Under the pieces are notes generated by a model. That model saw nothing but the letters and a program-made list of their open reading frames with translations. It was not told the DNA's origin and did not search any database. A program made the translations under genes and the position numbers. A stretch of 62,817 bases of DNA from an uncultured Rhizobiaceae bacterium (GTDB lineage: Bacteria > Pseudomonadota > Alphaproteobacteria > UBA828), in assembly GCA_964413115.1 (NCBI GenBank), contig CAYPSQ010000001.1, forward strand, positions 36,827-99,643. Direction: 5' to 3'. Each line of letters starts with the position of its first letter. Positions within the stretch are counted from its first letter, which is position 1. Below, in pieces: positions 20,113 through 28,811 of this stretch.

Positions 20113-20439
20113 GGGTGGAACTTAATGATTGTTTGATTCTCGCTGAACGGCATACCGCGCCGCGTGGCATGGTGCAAGCGTGGCTATCGCAGCGTGTTTT
20201 CAGAATTAGCGAATCGGTTTTGACAATCACTTTGTTCGAGACAATCCGACATAGCCCTTGCCGTTCCTCTGCGATTACATGGTTTGGGGGTGGGGCAATT
20301 TAGTGGGCGGGGTAAATTAGCCACGCACTTCGTCTGCTTCGGTATGAATGTTGGTCCCCGGCACACTCTTGAACGTAACCTGGCCTATGGCTACATTCGT
20401 CGACGCGCGACGCGCGCGGGATTTGGAGACGCGGGAGGT

Positions 20440-20688
20440 ATGATGAACATGAGTGAAGCCATTATCACCCAAAAAGCACCATACGAAGTCGATTTGAAAG
20501 CGGGCAAGAAATATGCGTGGTGCCGGTGCGGATTGAGCTCTAGACAGCCGTTCTGCGACGGCGCACATTCGACGACGGATATTGAGCCTTTGGTATTCAC
20601 AGCTAAAGAAACGGGAACGCAATGGCTGTGCGGCTGCAAGCACACCGCCGGCCAGCCATTTTGCGACGGCACGCACGGGAGGCTTTAG
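20440..20688 (+). CDS. CDGSH iron-sulfur domain protein (two CDGSH motifs)
   Basis: The track ORF 20284..20688 has an implausible Arg/Gly-rich N-terminus. ATG 20440 is preceded by GGGAGG at 20433-20438. The 82-aa product carries CRCGLSSRQPFCDGAH and CGCKHTAGQPFCDGTH. Confidence 0.8.
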   Translation: MMNMSEAIITQKAPYEVDLKAGKKYAWCRCGLSSRQPFCDGAHSTTDIEPLVFTAKETGTQWLCGCKHTAGQPFCDGTHGRL

Positions 20689-20691
20689 GGT

Positions 20692-21264
20692 TTGTCGATC
20701 GCGGGTTCTGTAAAACGTTGTCTGGTTGGGGCTGCGAGAGCACCGCTTTTGGCATTGATAGTCCCTTCTCTTATTCTTTCCGGATGTGGGTTATTTAGCG
20801 ACCCTCCGCCGCCTTGCCCGCAAGTCTCGATCATGGATCAGGCGAAAAAGGTTACGTTTTATGATCAGGGCCCCGGGCGTGACCTGACAGATGTCGCGTT
20901 AGATGTTCAAATTGGCGATATCGCTTACGAGTGCAGTTATGATTTTGACGATGCCGGCAACAGCGTCACAGTCGGCGTCAATGTTTTGTTCCTCGCCCAG
21001 CGTGGCCCGGCTGCCGAACAGAATCAGATGGAGGTGCCCTATTTTGTTGCCGTCACCAATCCGAACCGGCACATTCTGGCAAAAAAATTGTTCACTCTGG
21101 AGATGGTGTTTGAAGATAATGCCGTGCGCGCTCAGACGGTTGAGGAATTGGCGCAAACTATTCCCTTTCCGGTGGGGGTTAATGGTGCGGCTTACAAAAT
21201 TTTCATCGGCCTGCAACTCACAACAAATCAGCTTGAGGACTTGAGACGCGAACGCGGCGGATGA
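20692..21264 (+). CDS. putative lipoprotein, function unknown
   Basis: 190 aa with a TTG start 3 nt after the CDGSH stop. The signal peptide ends in the lipobox LILSGC. I recognise no family. Confidence 0.55.
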   Translation: MSIAGSVKRCLVGAARAPLLALIVPSLILSGCGLFSDPPPPCPQVSIMDQAKKVTFYDQGPGRDLTDVALDVQIGDIAYECSYDFDDAGNSVTVGVNVLFLAQRGPAAEQNQMEVPYFVAVTNPNRHILAKKLFTLEMVFEDNAVRAQTVEELAQTIPFPVGVNGAAYKIFIGLQLTTNQLEDLRRERGG

Positions 21265-21330
21265 CTTAGTTGACCCTATGGGTTCAAGCGTTAAACTTGC
21301 GCCTATCTGGTCGACACAGTTGAACCTCGC

Positions 21331-21536
21331 GGGAGAGATTTGGCGGTCGCGAGGCCGCCAGACGCCGAAGGAGCAAAAGTCCCAAAAACTCTCAGGCAAC
21401 AGGGACCGCAAGGGGATGTGACTCTGGAAAGCAGGCGGAAAACCAATTTAGGTTTCTGGCCTCACCGAAGGGGAAAGCCGCAAGGCAGTTGAATCTGCCC
21501 GCGTCGGTCAATCTTTCAGGTACGGAGACAGAGGGG
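21331..21536 (+). promoter_or_regulatory. tandem glycine riboswitch (two aptamers) in the gcvT leader
   Basis: Aptamer 1 (~21331-21412): GGGAGAG...CGCCGAAGGAGCAA...CTCAGGCAACAGGGACCGC. Aptamer 2 (~21421-21536): CTCTGGAAAG...CACCGAAGGGGAAAGC...CTTTCAGGTACGGAGACAGAG. Both match the conserved glycine-aptamer core, and the element sits directly upstream of gcvTHP. Confidence 0.85.
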
Positions 21537-21576
21537 GCGCCAGGCGATCCTTTTCGGGGTCGCGGCGCTTATTTTT
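21537..21576 (+). terminator. intrinsic terminator forming the riboswitch expression platform
   Basis: Hand-paired hairpin: 21537-21541/21564-21568 (GCGCC/GGCGC) and 21544-21550/21557-21563 (GCGATCC/GGGTCGC, one G-U). It has a 2-nt bulge and a 6-nt loop TTTTCG, and is followed by TTATTTTT (21569-21576). The 5' arm abuts the 3' end of aptamer 2. Confidence 0.7.
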
Positions 21577-21592
21577 GTAGCCGGAGTTGCCG

Positions 21593-22717
21593 ATGAGTGA
21601 TGCGAACGGATCCCAATCCGACATTATAAAAACGACATCATTGCATGATAGGCATGTCGCGCTGGGCGCAAAAATTGTGCCTTTTACCGGCTACTCCATG
21701 CCGCTCAACTATCCGGCTGGAATTCTGGCTGAACATCTTCACACTCGTAAAAGTGCGTCCCTGTTTGATGTCAGTCATATGGGCCAGATCAGTATTTGGG
21801 GCGAGGGTGCGGCACATGCGCTCGAATGGCTGGTGCCTGGAGATATCATTGATCTAGCACCCTTGGCGCTTAGGTATACCCAGTTCACAAACGATCAGGG
21901 CGGTATTCGCGACGACCTCATGGTCACCAATGCGGACGGACGCCTAATGCTGGTGGTAAATGCGGCTTGCAAAGATGCTGACCTGGAGCTGTTGGAGGTT
22001 GGGTTTCAGGGTTCGGTCGATGTGGCGCTGCATGATGACAAGGCCCTGATCGCCCTGCAGGGTCCGCAAGCCGCGGCCGTACTCGCGCGCCATGCACCAA
22101 TGGCAAAAAATTTGGAGTTTATGCACGCTGCGGCGATGGAAATTGCCGGAGCAGATGCTTTCGTAACCAGATCCGGCTATACCGGTGAGGATGGTTTTGA
22201 GATATCCGTTTATGCTGAGGCCGCAATCGATGTTTGGGACACTTTGTTGGCTGAACCCGAAGTTTTGCCTGCCGGGCTCGGCGCTCGCGATTCGCTTCGC
22301 CTTGAAGCCGGACTCTGCCTTTATGGCCATGATATTGATGAGACGACCTCCCCGGTAGAAGCCGGCCTATTGTGGTCGATCGGAAAGCGCCGACGTCAGG
22401 AAGGCGGATTCCCTGGAGAACAGAGGATTTTCGATGAAATCGCCAACGGCGCTAAACGCCGCCGCGTTGGTATCATGCCAGAAGGCCGTGCACCGGCGCG
22501 CGAAAACACAGAAATACTGAGCTTAGCCGGAGAGCCTGTCGGCATCGTGACAAGCGGTGGCTTCGGGCCGAGCACGGGTGGACCTGTGGCGATGGGCTAT
22601 GTCGACGCGGTGTACGCCAAAACCGGCACATCCCTTGGCCTCTTGGTGCGCGGCAAAACCATCCCGGCCAGCGTTGTCAAACTACCTTTTGCCGCACATC
22701 GCTATCATAAGAATTAG
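21593..22717 (+). CDS. gcvT: glycine cleavage system aminomethyltransferase T
   Basis: ...FDVSHMGQ..., ...GYTGEDGFEI... and ...ARDSLRLEAGLCLYGHD.... ATG 21593 lies 6 nt after GGAG (21583-21586). The track start is TTG 21587. Confidence 0.95.
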   Translation: MSDANGSQSDIIKTTSLHDRHVALGAKIVPFTGYSMPLNYPAGILAEHLHTRKSASLFDVSHMGQISIWGEGAAHALEWLVPGDIIDLAPLALRYTQFTNDQGGIRDDLMVTNADGRLMLVVNAACKDADLELLEVGFQGSVDVALHDDKALIALQGPQAAAVLARHAPMAKNLEFMHAAAMEIAGADAFVTRSGYTGEDGFEISVYAEAAIDVWDTLLAEPEVLPAGLGARDSLRLEAGLCLYGHDIDETTSPVEAGLLWSIGKRRRQEGGFPGEQRIFDEIANGAKRRRVGIMPEGRAPARENTEILSLAGEPVGIVTSGGFGPSTGGPVAMGYVDAVYAKTGTSLGLLVRGKTIPASVVKLPFAAHRYHKN

Positions 22718-22732
22718 AGAGGGAAGAAGGCA

Positions 22733-23110
22733 ATGAGCGATCTCAAATTCAGCAAAGACCATGAATGGCTGCGCGTTGCAGGCGACACCGCCACCATTGG
22801 AATTTCCGACTATGCTCAGGAACAGTTGGGCGATGTGGTCTATGTGGAATTGCCTGAAATCGGACAAAAATTCTCTGCCGGCGCCCAAGCCGCTGTCGTC
22901 GAATCGGTCAAGGCCGCGAGTGAAATTTATGCGCCGGCTAGTGGCGAAGTCGTTGAGGTTAACAATGCGCTTGATGACAATCCGGCGCTGGTGAACAGCG
23001 ATTCCACCGGCCAAGGCTGGTTCATTAAACTCAAACTCGACAACCCGGCGGAACTAGAAGCTCTAATGGACGATAATAGCTATCAGGAATTCATCGCTGG
23101 GCTAGAGTAA
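22733..23110 (+). CDS. gcvH: glycine cleavage system H protein
   Basis: 125 aa with ...KFSKDHEWL... and the lipoyl-lysine motif ...VVESVKAASEIYAP.... Confidence 0.95.
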   Translation: MSDLKFSKDHEWLRVAGDTATIGISDYAQEQLGDVVYVELPEIGQKFSAGAQAAVVESVKAASEIYAPASGEVVEVNNALDDNPALVNSDSTGQGWFIKLKLDNPAELEALMDDNSYQEFIAGLE

Positions 23111-23140
23111 GCGGTAGGAGAGAAACCGGGGAGACAAAAG

Positions 23141-26026
23141 ATGACACACGGCAAGCTCGATTTGGCCACCTTGGAAGCCAAGGATGCTTTCGTCCATCGC
23201 CATATTGGTCCCAGCGAAGCGGACATCGCTGATATGCTGGACAGCCTTGGGCTCGGTTCTCTGGATGCGCTAACGGATCAGGCCGTGCCAGACGCAATTC
23301 GCGGCAATTTTCCTGATGGGCTTGCAGGTGCCCGCACCGAGCAGGATGTGCTTGCAGAATTATTGGTCTTAGCGCAGCGCAATGTGGTCGCTAAATCGAT
23401 GATCGGCATGGGGTATTACGACACTTACACACCACCGGTTATCTTACGCAATCTTCTAGAAAACCCCGGCTGGTACACCGCCTATACGCCGTATCAGCCT
23501 GAAATAAGCCAAGGCCGTCTGGAGGCGCTGCTGATTTTCCAGACTATGGTCATGGATTTGACGGGCATGGACTGTGCTAATGCGTCGCTGTTGGACGAAG
23601 CGACAGCCGCCGCTGAGGCAGTCAATATGAGTCGGGCGGTCGCAAAAGGAAGTGGTCAGGGGTATTTCGTTTCAGAGGATTGCCACCCCCAGACTATCGC
23701 TGTTTTGCAGACGCGCGCGCGCTCAGCTAGCATTGAGATTACCATCGGCGACCACCGAAAGGGGCTCGAGGACGGGGCCTTTTTTGGCGCTCTCTTGCAG
23801 TATCCGGCGAGTGGAGGCGCAATCAACGATTATCGCGCGTTCATCGATGAGGCGCATGAAAAGGGCATGCTGGTGACGGTCGCAGCCGACCTCCTCAGTC
23901 TCGTGTGTCTTGTCCCCCCAAGTGAATTCGGCGCCGACATTGTAGTCGGTAGTGCTCAGCGGTTTGGCGTGCCGATGGGATTTGGTGGGCCGCACGCAGC
24001 ATTTTATGCAACCCATGAGAAGTATCGCCGATCCTTGCCGGGCCGAATCGTCGGCCTATCTGTGGACAAGAGTGGCCAGCCCGCGTTGCGTCTTGCGCTG
24101 CAAACTCGCGAGCAACATATCCGTCGAGAGAAAGCCACCAGCAACATCTGCACGGCGCAGGTTTTACTTGCCGTGATGGCGGCGATGTACGCTGTTTATC
24201 ACGGTCCCACGGGGCTCGGCATTATCGCCGCGCGCGTGCACCGTTTGACCTCTATTCTGGCGTCGGGCCTCAGTCGCCTTGGCATCTCTGTTGCCAACAA
24301 AAGCTGGTTCGACACGCTGACGCTGGATCTTCCTGGAAAGGCCGAGGCAGTGCTGGCGCGCGCTGCCGAAGCGGGCCTCAATTTACGTCGCATCGATGGC
24401 GACAGACTTGGTATTTCGCTCGACGAAACAACGCTTCCCGAGGACGTAAATGTGCTGTTCGAGATCTTTGCCCCGGATGGTGCGCCTGGGTTTGATGTGG
24501 TGGGATTGGAGTCCGAGGTGGCTCGTGGCGTGCCGGAAGATTTTCGCCGCCAAACCGAAATTCTCGCCCATGCCCAATTCAACACCCATCATTCGGAAAC
24601 GGAGATGTTGCGTTATTTGCATCGCCTCGAAGGCAAGGACATCACACTCAATCATTCCATGATTCCTCTCGGCTCCTGCACCATGAAGCTGAATGCTACG
24701 GCGGAGATGATTCCAGTGACCTGGCCAGGTTTTGGCCGTATTCATCCCTTTGCGCCGCTCGATCAGGTGCCGGGCTATATCGAAATGATTGAGGGTCTGG
24801 AGCGCATGTTATGTGACGTGACCGGTTTTGCTGCCGTATCGCTTCAGCCCAACGCCGGCAGCCAAGGAGAATATGCCGGTCTTCTGGCAATTCGAGATTT
24901 CCACGTGGCCAACGGTAATGGCGAACGCGATATTTGTCTCATTCCAAGTTCGGCACATGGCACTAACCCAGCGAGCGCCGTCATGGCTGGGCTCAAGGTA
25001 GTGGTCGTCGCTTGCGATGAGAGCGGCAATGTCGATGTCACCGACCTCAGCGCCAAGGTGGCGGAACATCGCGACCGTTTGGCCGCTCTCATGGTGACAT
25101 ATCCGTCAACGCACGGAGTTTTTGAGGCGGCGATCGTGGATATTTGCGAGATTATTCACGCTGCGGGCGGGCAGGTTTATCTCGATGGGGCCAATTTGAA
25201 TGCGCTTTTAGGCGTCAGCCTGCCGGGCGCTTTTGGTCCCGACGTAGCGCATATGAATTTGCACAAAACATTTTGCATTCCCCATGGCGGCGGCGGCCCT
25301 GGCGTCGGGCCAATCGGAGTGCGCGCGCATCTGGCGCCACACCTGCCCGGCCATCCGCTGGATGTCTCACCCAATTCCGGCCCCGTTTCTGCAGCGCCCT
25401 GGGGCTCGGCTGGTATCTTGCCCATCTCGTGGGCCTATATTGCCATGATGGGCGGCGTTGGCCTGAAGAAAGCCACCCAAACCGCAATCCTCAACGCTAA
25501 CTACATCGCGCGCAAACTGAGCCCTCACTATCCCGTGTTGTATCGGGGAGAACACGGTTGGGTTGCGCATGAATGCATAATCGACCTTCGGCCGCTTAAG
25601 GAAAGCACTGGCGTAACCGTTGATGATGTCGCCAAACGTCTGATGGATTACGGCTTTCACGCCCCTACCATGTCGTTCCCCGTGGCCGGTACTCTGATGA
25701 TCGAGCCGACCGAAAGCGAACCTCGAGCTGAGTTGGACCGTTTCGTGGAAGCCATGATCTCAATTCGCGGCGAGATCAAGCGGATCGAGGATGAGGAATG
25801 GACTTTGGCGGATAATCCATTAAGTGGTGCGCCGCATACACTGGAAGAAGTTGTTGCCAACGATTGGTCGCATGCCTATAGCCGGGAGGAGGCGGCGTTT
25901 CCCGTCGATTCCTTACGTGGGGGAAAATACTGGCCACCGGTTGGGCGTATCGATCAGGTTCACGGTGACCGTAATCTGATATGTGCCTGTCCTCCGCTTG
26001 AGGCTTACAAAAATGCGGCGGAATAA
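23141..26026 (+). CDS. gcvP: glycine dehydrogenase (decarboxylating), single-chain P protein
   Basis: 961 aa with ...FVHRHIGP..., ...[14 protein letters not shown]... and the PLP site ...[16 protein letters not shown].... Confidence 0.96.
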   Translation: MTHGKLDLATLEAKDAFVHRHIGPSEADIADMLDSLGLGSLDALTDQAVPDAIRGNFPDGLAGARTEQDVLAELLVLAQRNVVAKSMIGMGYYDTYTPPVILRNLLENPGWYTAYTPYQPEISQGRLEALLIFQTMVMDLTGMDCANASLLDEATAAAEAVNMSRAVAKGSGQGYFVSEDCHPQTIAVLQTRARSASIEITIGDHRKGLEDGAFFGALLQYPASGGAINDYRAFIDEAHEKGMLVTVAADLLSLVCLVPPSEFGADIVVGSAQRFGVPMGFGGPHAAFYATHEKYRRSLPGRIVGLSVDKSGQPALRLALQTREQHIRREKATSNICTAQVLLAVMAAMYAVYHGPTGLGIIAARVHRLTSILASGLSRLGISVANKSWFDTLTLDLPGKAEAVLARAAEAGLNLRRIDGDRLGISLDETTLPEDVNVLFEIFAPDGAPGFDVVGLESEVARGVPEDFRRQTEILAHAQFNTHHSETEMLRYLHRLEGKDITLNHSMIPLGSCTMKLNATAEMIPVTWPGFGRIHPFAPLDQVPGYIEMIEGLERMLCDVTGFAAVSLQPNAGSQGEYAGLLAIRDFHVANGNGERDICLIPSSAHGTNPASAVMAGLKVVVVACDESGNVDVTDLSAKVAEHRDRLAALMVTYPSTHGVFEAAIVDICEIIHAAGGQVYLDGANLNALLGVSLPGAFGPDVAHMNLHKTFCIPHGGGGPGVGPIGVRAHLAPHLPGHPLDVSPNSGPVSAAPWGSAGILPISWAYIAMMGGVGLKKATQTAILNANYIARKLSPHYPVLYRGEHGWVAHECIIDLRPLKESTGVTVDDVAKRLMDYGFHAPTMSFPVAGTLMIEPTESEPRAELDRFVEAMISIRGEIKRIEDEEWTLADNPLSGAPHTLEEVVANDWSHAYSREEAAFPVDSLRGGKYWPPVGRIDQVHGDRNLICACPPLEAYKNAAE

Positions 26027-26136
26027 TTAACCCTGGCCAGGGCTAGACGAGGAGAATGGAACACGCCCAGTAGAGGGCGTTAAAAACCGTTAGATTGCTA
26101 CGGCAAAGTTTTTATTATTTTTCTAAGTTTTGTGAG

Positions 26137-26703
26137 TTAATGCAGTTTTTCGCTCATTTCGCGGATCGAGCGTTCGATCATAGTGTCTGCTCTGGCCTCG
26201 TCCAGATTTTCTCGAATCAGCTGTGCAGTGGCTTGGACGGCTAAGCTGGCGGCGGTTTCCCGCACTTCGCGGAGAGCATCCGTTTCTGCCTGCTGGATGC
26301 GCTGCATAGCCGCCTCCTCGCGCCGGCGCATGGTCTCCTCTAGCGCTTGTTTGGCATTATTCGCGTGGCGTTCTGCCTCCACTTTGGCATGCTCGACCAT
26401 TTGCTTGGCTTCGTCCTCGGCCTCACGGCGTTTGCGCTCATACTCGGCGAGCAAACTTTGCGCTTCTTCTCGTAGGCGTTGGGCTTCATCCAACTCGGCC
26501 TGAATTTTGTCGCGCCGTCCGTCCAACGTTTTCTTGATTGCAGCCCATGCCTTGCGCCCAAATACGCCGGCGAATGTGGCGAACGCGATTAGGATCCAGA
26601 AATTTGCATCTGCGGTGATCGAGTAACCGGCAATCACGAAAACAAAAGCGGCAACCAGCAGCCAATTCTCCGGTACCCGGGCCATGCGTTTGAGCTTGCC
26701 CAC
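26137..26703 (-). CDS. atpF: ATP synthase F0 subunit b
   Basis: 188 aa with a GTG start 4 nt after the b' stop. It has one N-terminal TM helix, then a long Ala/Glu/Arg/Lys-rich helix. It is the last gene of the F0 operon. Confidence 0.85.
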   Translation of the reverse strand: MGKLKRMARVPENWLLVAAFVFVIAGYSITADANFWILIAFATFAGVFGRKAWAAIKKTLDGRRDKIQAELDEAQRLREEAQSLLAEYERKRREAEDEAKQMVEHAKVEAERHANNAKQALEETMRRREEAAMQRIQQAETDALREVRETAASLAVQATAQLIRENLDEARADTMIERSIREMSEKLH

Positions 26704-26707
26704 GGCT

Positions 26708-27187
26708 TTAGCCCTTTCCGTCGATGGCGGAATCGGCGTCCGCCTGGCTGGGCTCTACGCCGATTAGGCGGTTCGTTGCCGCCCGTGCCGCTTCCGCCGC
26801 CACCTGGCGCACGCTGGAAAGTGCCTGTTGGCGCGCCTTTTGGATGCGGCGCTCAGCCTCAGCCTGCTTTTCCGACAATTCAGCATCTAGGCGCGCGCGC
26901 TGTTCGCTCGCCTGCTGGTCGAGCTGGGCTTGGGTTTCAGCCAGCAATTGATGCGATTTAGAACGTGCCTCAGCGAGCGATGCCTCATAAGACTTGATAG
27001 CGTCTTCCGAGTCCCGCTTGAATTTTTCGGCCTGTTCCAAATCATCCGAGATATGTTTGCGGCGCTGCTCAAGGACACGGCCGATACGCGGAAGCGCCAG
27101 ACTCCACATGAGAACGAGGAGAATAACGAACGTTACGACCAGCCAGAAGATTTGCGGCGCGTAATCAGGGATTTCAAGCTGTGGCAT
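26708..27187 (-). CDS. ATP synthase F0 subunit b'
   Basis: 159 aa with ...PQIFWLVVTFVILLVLMW... as the TM segment, then a charged helix. The second b-type gene right after atpE is the typical alphaproteobacterial arrangement. Confidence 0.85.
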   Translation of the reverse strand: MPQLEIPDYAPQIFWLVVTFVILLVLMWSLALPRIGRVLEQRRKHISDDLEQAEKFKRDSEDAIKSYEASLAEARSKSHQLLAETQAQLDQQASEQRARLDAELSEKQAEAERRIQKARQQALSSVRQVAAEAARAATNRLIGVEPSQADADSAIDGKG

Positions 27188-27253
27188 GTTACCTCTCCGT
27201 ATGAGTCACCGGTGCCGCGGGGTCGGCCCGCCGGCGCCGGGAACCAAGCGGCC

Positions 27254-27493
27254 TCAGCTGCCGAATAGGATAATGAATGCCATCACGAGCGCGAATAGCG
27301 CGATGGCTTCTGTCAGCGCAAATCCGAGCAGCACATTGCCGAACAATTTGGGTGCGGCGGCCGGGTTGCGGCCAGCAGCCGAGACATAATTGCCGAAAAT
27401 AATTCCGATGCCCACACCAGAGCCCGCCACACCGATGGTAGCCAAGCCGCCGCCGATGAGTTGTCCGAGAAGTTTTGCTGATTCAGCGTCCAT
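27254..27493 (-). CDS. atpE: ATP synthase F0 subunit c
   Basis: 79 aa helical hairpin with a Gly-rich helix 1 ([17 protein letters not shown]) and ...[12 protein letters not shown]... carrying the ion-binding Glu. Confidence 0.93.
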   Translation of the reverse strand: MDAESAKLLGQLIGGGLATIGVAGSGVGIGIIFGNYVSAAGRNPAAAPKLFGNVLLGFALTEAIALFALVMAFIILFGS

Positions 27494-27544
27494 GATTTCG
27501 TTCCCTTAATTGTGTTTTGTAAGCGACGTGTAGGTTGTTGGTGG

Positions 27545-28300
27545 TTACTCGTGATGCAGAAATATTGCATCGCGTATGTAGAGACAGGTCAGGATCGCAA
27601 ACACATAGGCTTGCAGAACAGCTACCAGAATTTCTAGCCCGTACAGCGCGATGATGAAAGCAAATGGCAAAAATCCAAAAAATCCGAGTGCGAAGACGAA
27701 GCCGCCGAAGACATGCAGGATGCTGTGCCCCGCCATCATGTTAGCGAACAGGCGGACGGCAAGGCTGATCGGCCGCGCTATGTAAGAGACGATCTCAATT
27801 GGCACCAGTAGTGGCGCCATCCACATCGGCACGCCTGGCGGTAAGAAGAAGGTCAGGAATTTGTGCTTGTGAATGATGATCGCGAGAATTGTTACACCGA
27901 CAAAGACGACGAGCGCGAAGGTGATGGTAACTATGATGTGACTGGTAAATGTGAAGCTGTAGGGGATTAGACCGAGTAGATTGCCGAGTAGAAGGAAGGT
28001 GAATAAGCTAAACACAAATGGGAAGAATCTTTTGGCCGCGCGTCCGCCGACGATATCGCCAAGCATGCTAGCAACCATCTCATAGAGCATTTCGACAACC
28101 GACTGCAGGCGCCCTGGCACCAAGCGCCCGCGCCCCATGCCCAACGTTGTGAGCAGGAAAATAACGATGACGGCTATCACCATCAACAAGGATGAGTTAG
28201 TGAACGACGCATCGAATCCACCGAGGTCGATGTCTACGTAGCGCTGGATCGAAAATTGATCGAGCGGACCGTGATGTTCCGAGTTTTCTGCTGATGCCAC
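27545..28300 (-). CDS. atpB: ATP synthase F0 subunit a
   Basis: 251 aa with a GTG start, polytopic, with ...LAVRLFANMMAGH... carrying the conserved Arg. Confidence 0.93.
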   Translation of the reverse strand: MASAENSEHHGPLDQFSIQRYVDIDLGGFDASFTNSSLLMVIAVIVIFLLTTLGMGRGRLVPGRLQSVVEMLYEMVASMLGDIVGGRAAKRFFPFVFSLFTFLLLGNLLGLIPYSFTFTSHIIVTITFALVVFVGVTILAIIIHKHKFLTFFLPPGVPMWMAPLLVPIEIVSYIARPISLAVRLFANMMAGHSILHVFGGFVFALGFFGFLPFAFIIALYGLEILVAVLQAYVFAILTCLYIRDAIFLHHE

Positions 28301-28315
28301 GGGTTTGCCGCTCCC

Positions 28316-28660
28316 TTATTCGTCATCTCTTGGCGGCTCGCCGCCAGTACCTTGTTCGCGCCGCGTTATTTCTGCGGTATATCTTCTTGCCAATCTAAAT
28401 GCGTTGCTCAGTCCCGCCCCAATCCCCAGAAACAGGAATGTGATCAACAGCCACGGTGTCGTATCTAGCCAACGATCAAGAAACCAGCCGATGCCAGCGC
28501 CAACCATCAGCGTCGCTGCCATTTCGATTCCAAGATGCAGGGACTGTCCCGTCCGGGTCGGCGGCATGCCCAATCCTTCTGGGCGCTGCCGCTCTTCCTG
28601 GATTTTCTTGAGACGAGAATCGAGTTCATCAAGCGAAGGCGGTGGTTTGTCATCGATCAT
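28316..28660 (-). CDS. atpI: ATP synthase protein I (AtpI-like)
   Basis: I prefer ATG 28660 (MIDDKPPPSLDELDSRLKKIQEE..., 114 aa, two TM helices ...MAATLMVGAGIGWFLD... and ...WLLITFLFLGIGAGL...). The track start 28825 would overlap the smc 3' end. Confidence 0.7.
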   Translation of the reverse strand: MIDDKPPPSLDELDSRLKKIQEERQRPEGLGMPPTRTGQSLHLGIEMAATLMVGAGIGWFLDRWLDTTPWLLITFLFLGIGAGLSNAFRLARRYTAEITRREQGTGGEPPRDDE

Positions 28661-28811
28661 GAAAACCAGCCCTCGAACTCCACCCGTGCACGAGCCTGCA
28701 ACCGAAAAAGCGGGTGAACCATAGTGTTTGGCCCCGAGCCTGTCAACCACTTCCAAAAATACGGTAACAAATTGATATATTTGAATAAAATGATATTTTA
28801 TCAGTGCTCGG

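Noticed and set aside
21278-21327. 7-bp inverted repeat GGTTCAA...TTGAACC upstream of the glycine riboswitch, considered as a terminator for the lipoprotein gene
   Set aside because: It has a 36-nt loop, no T-tract and a short stem. It is more likely chance or part of the riboswitch leader.
26030-26081. Palindrome CCCTGGCCAGGG (26034-26045) and hairpin ACGCCC-AGTAGA-GGGCGT (26063-26080) between convergent gcvP and atpF, considered as terminators
   Set aside because: Neither is followed by a T-tract in the orientation of either incoming transcript and the stems are short. They may still contribute to termination, but I cannot support a call.
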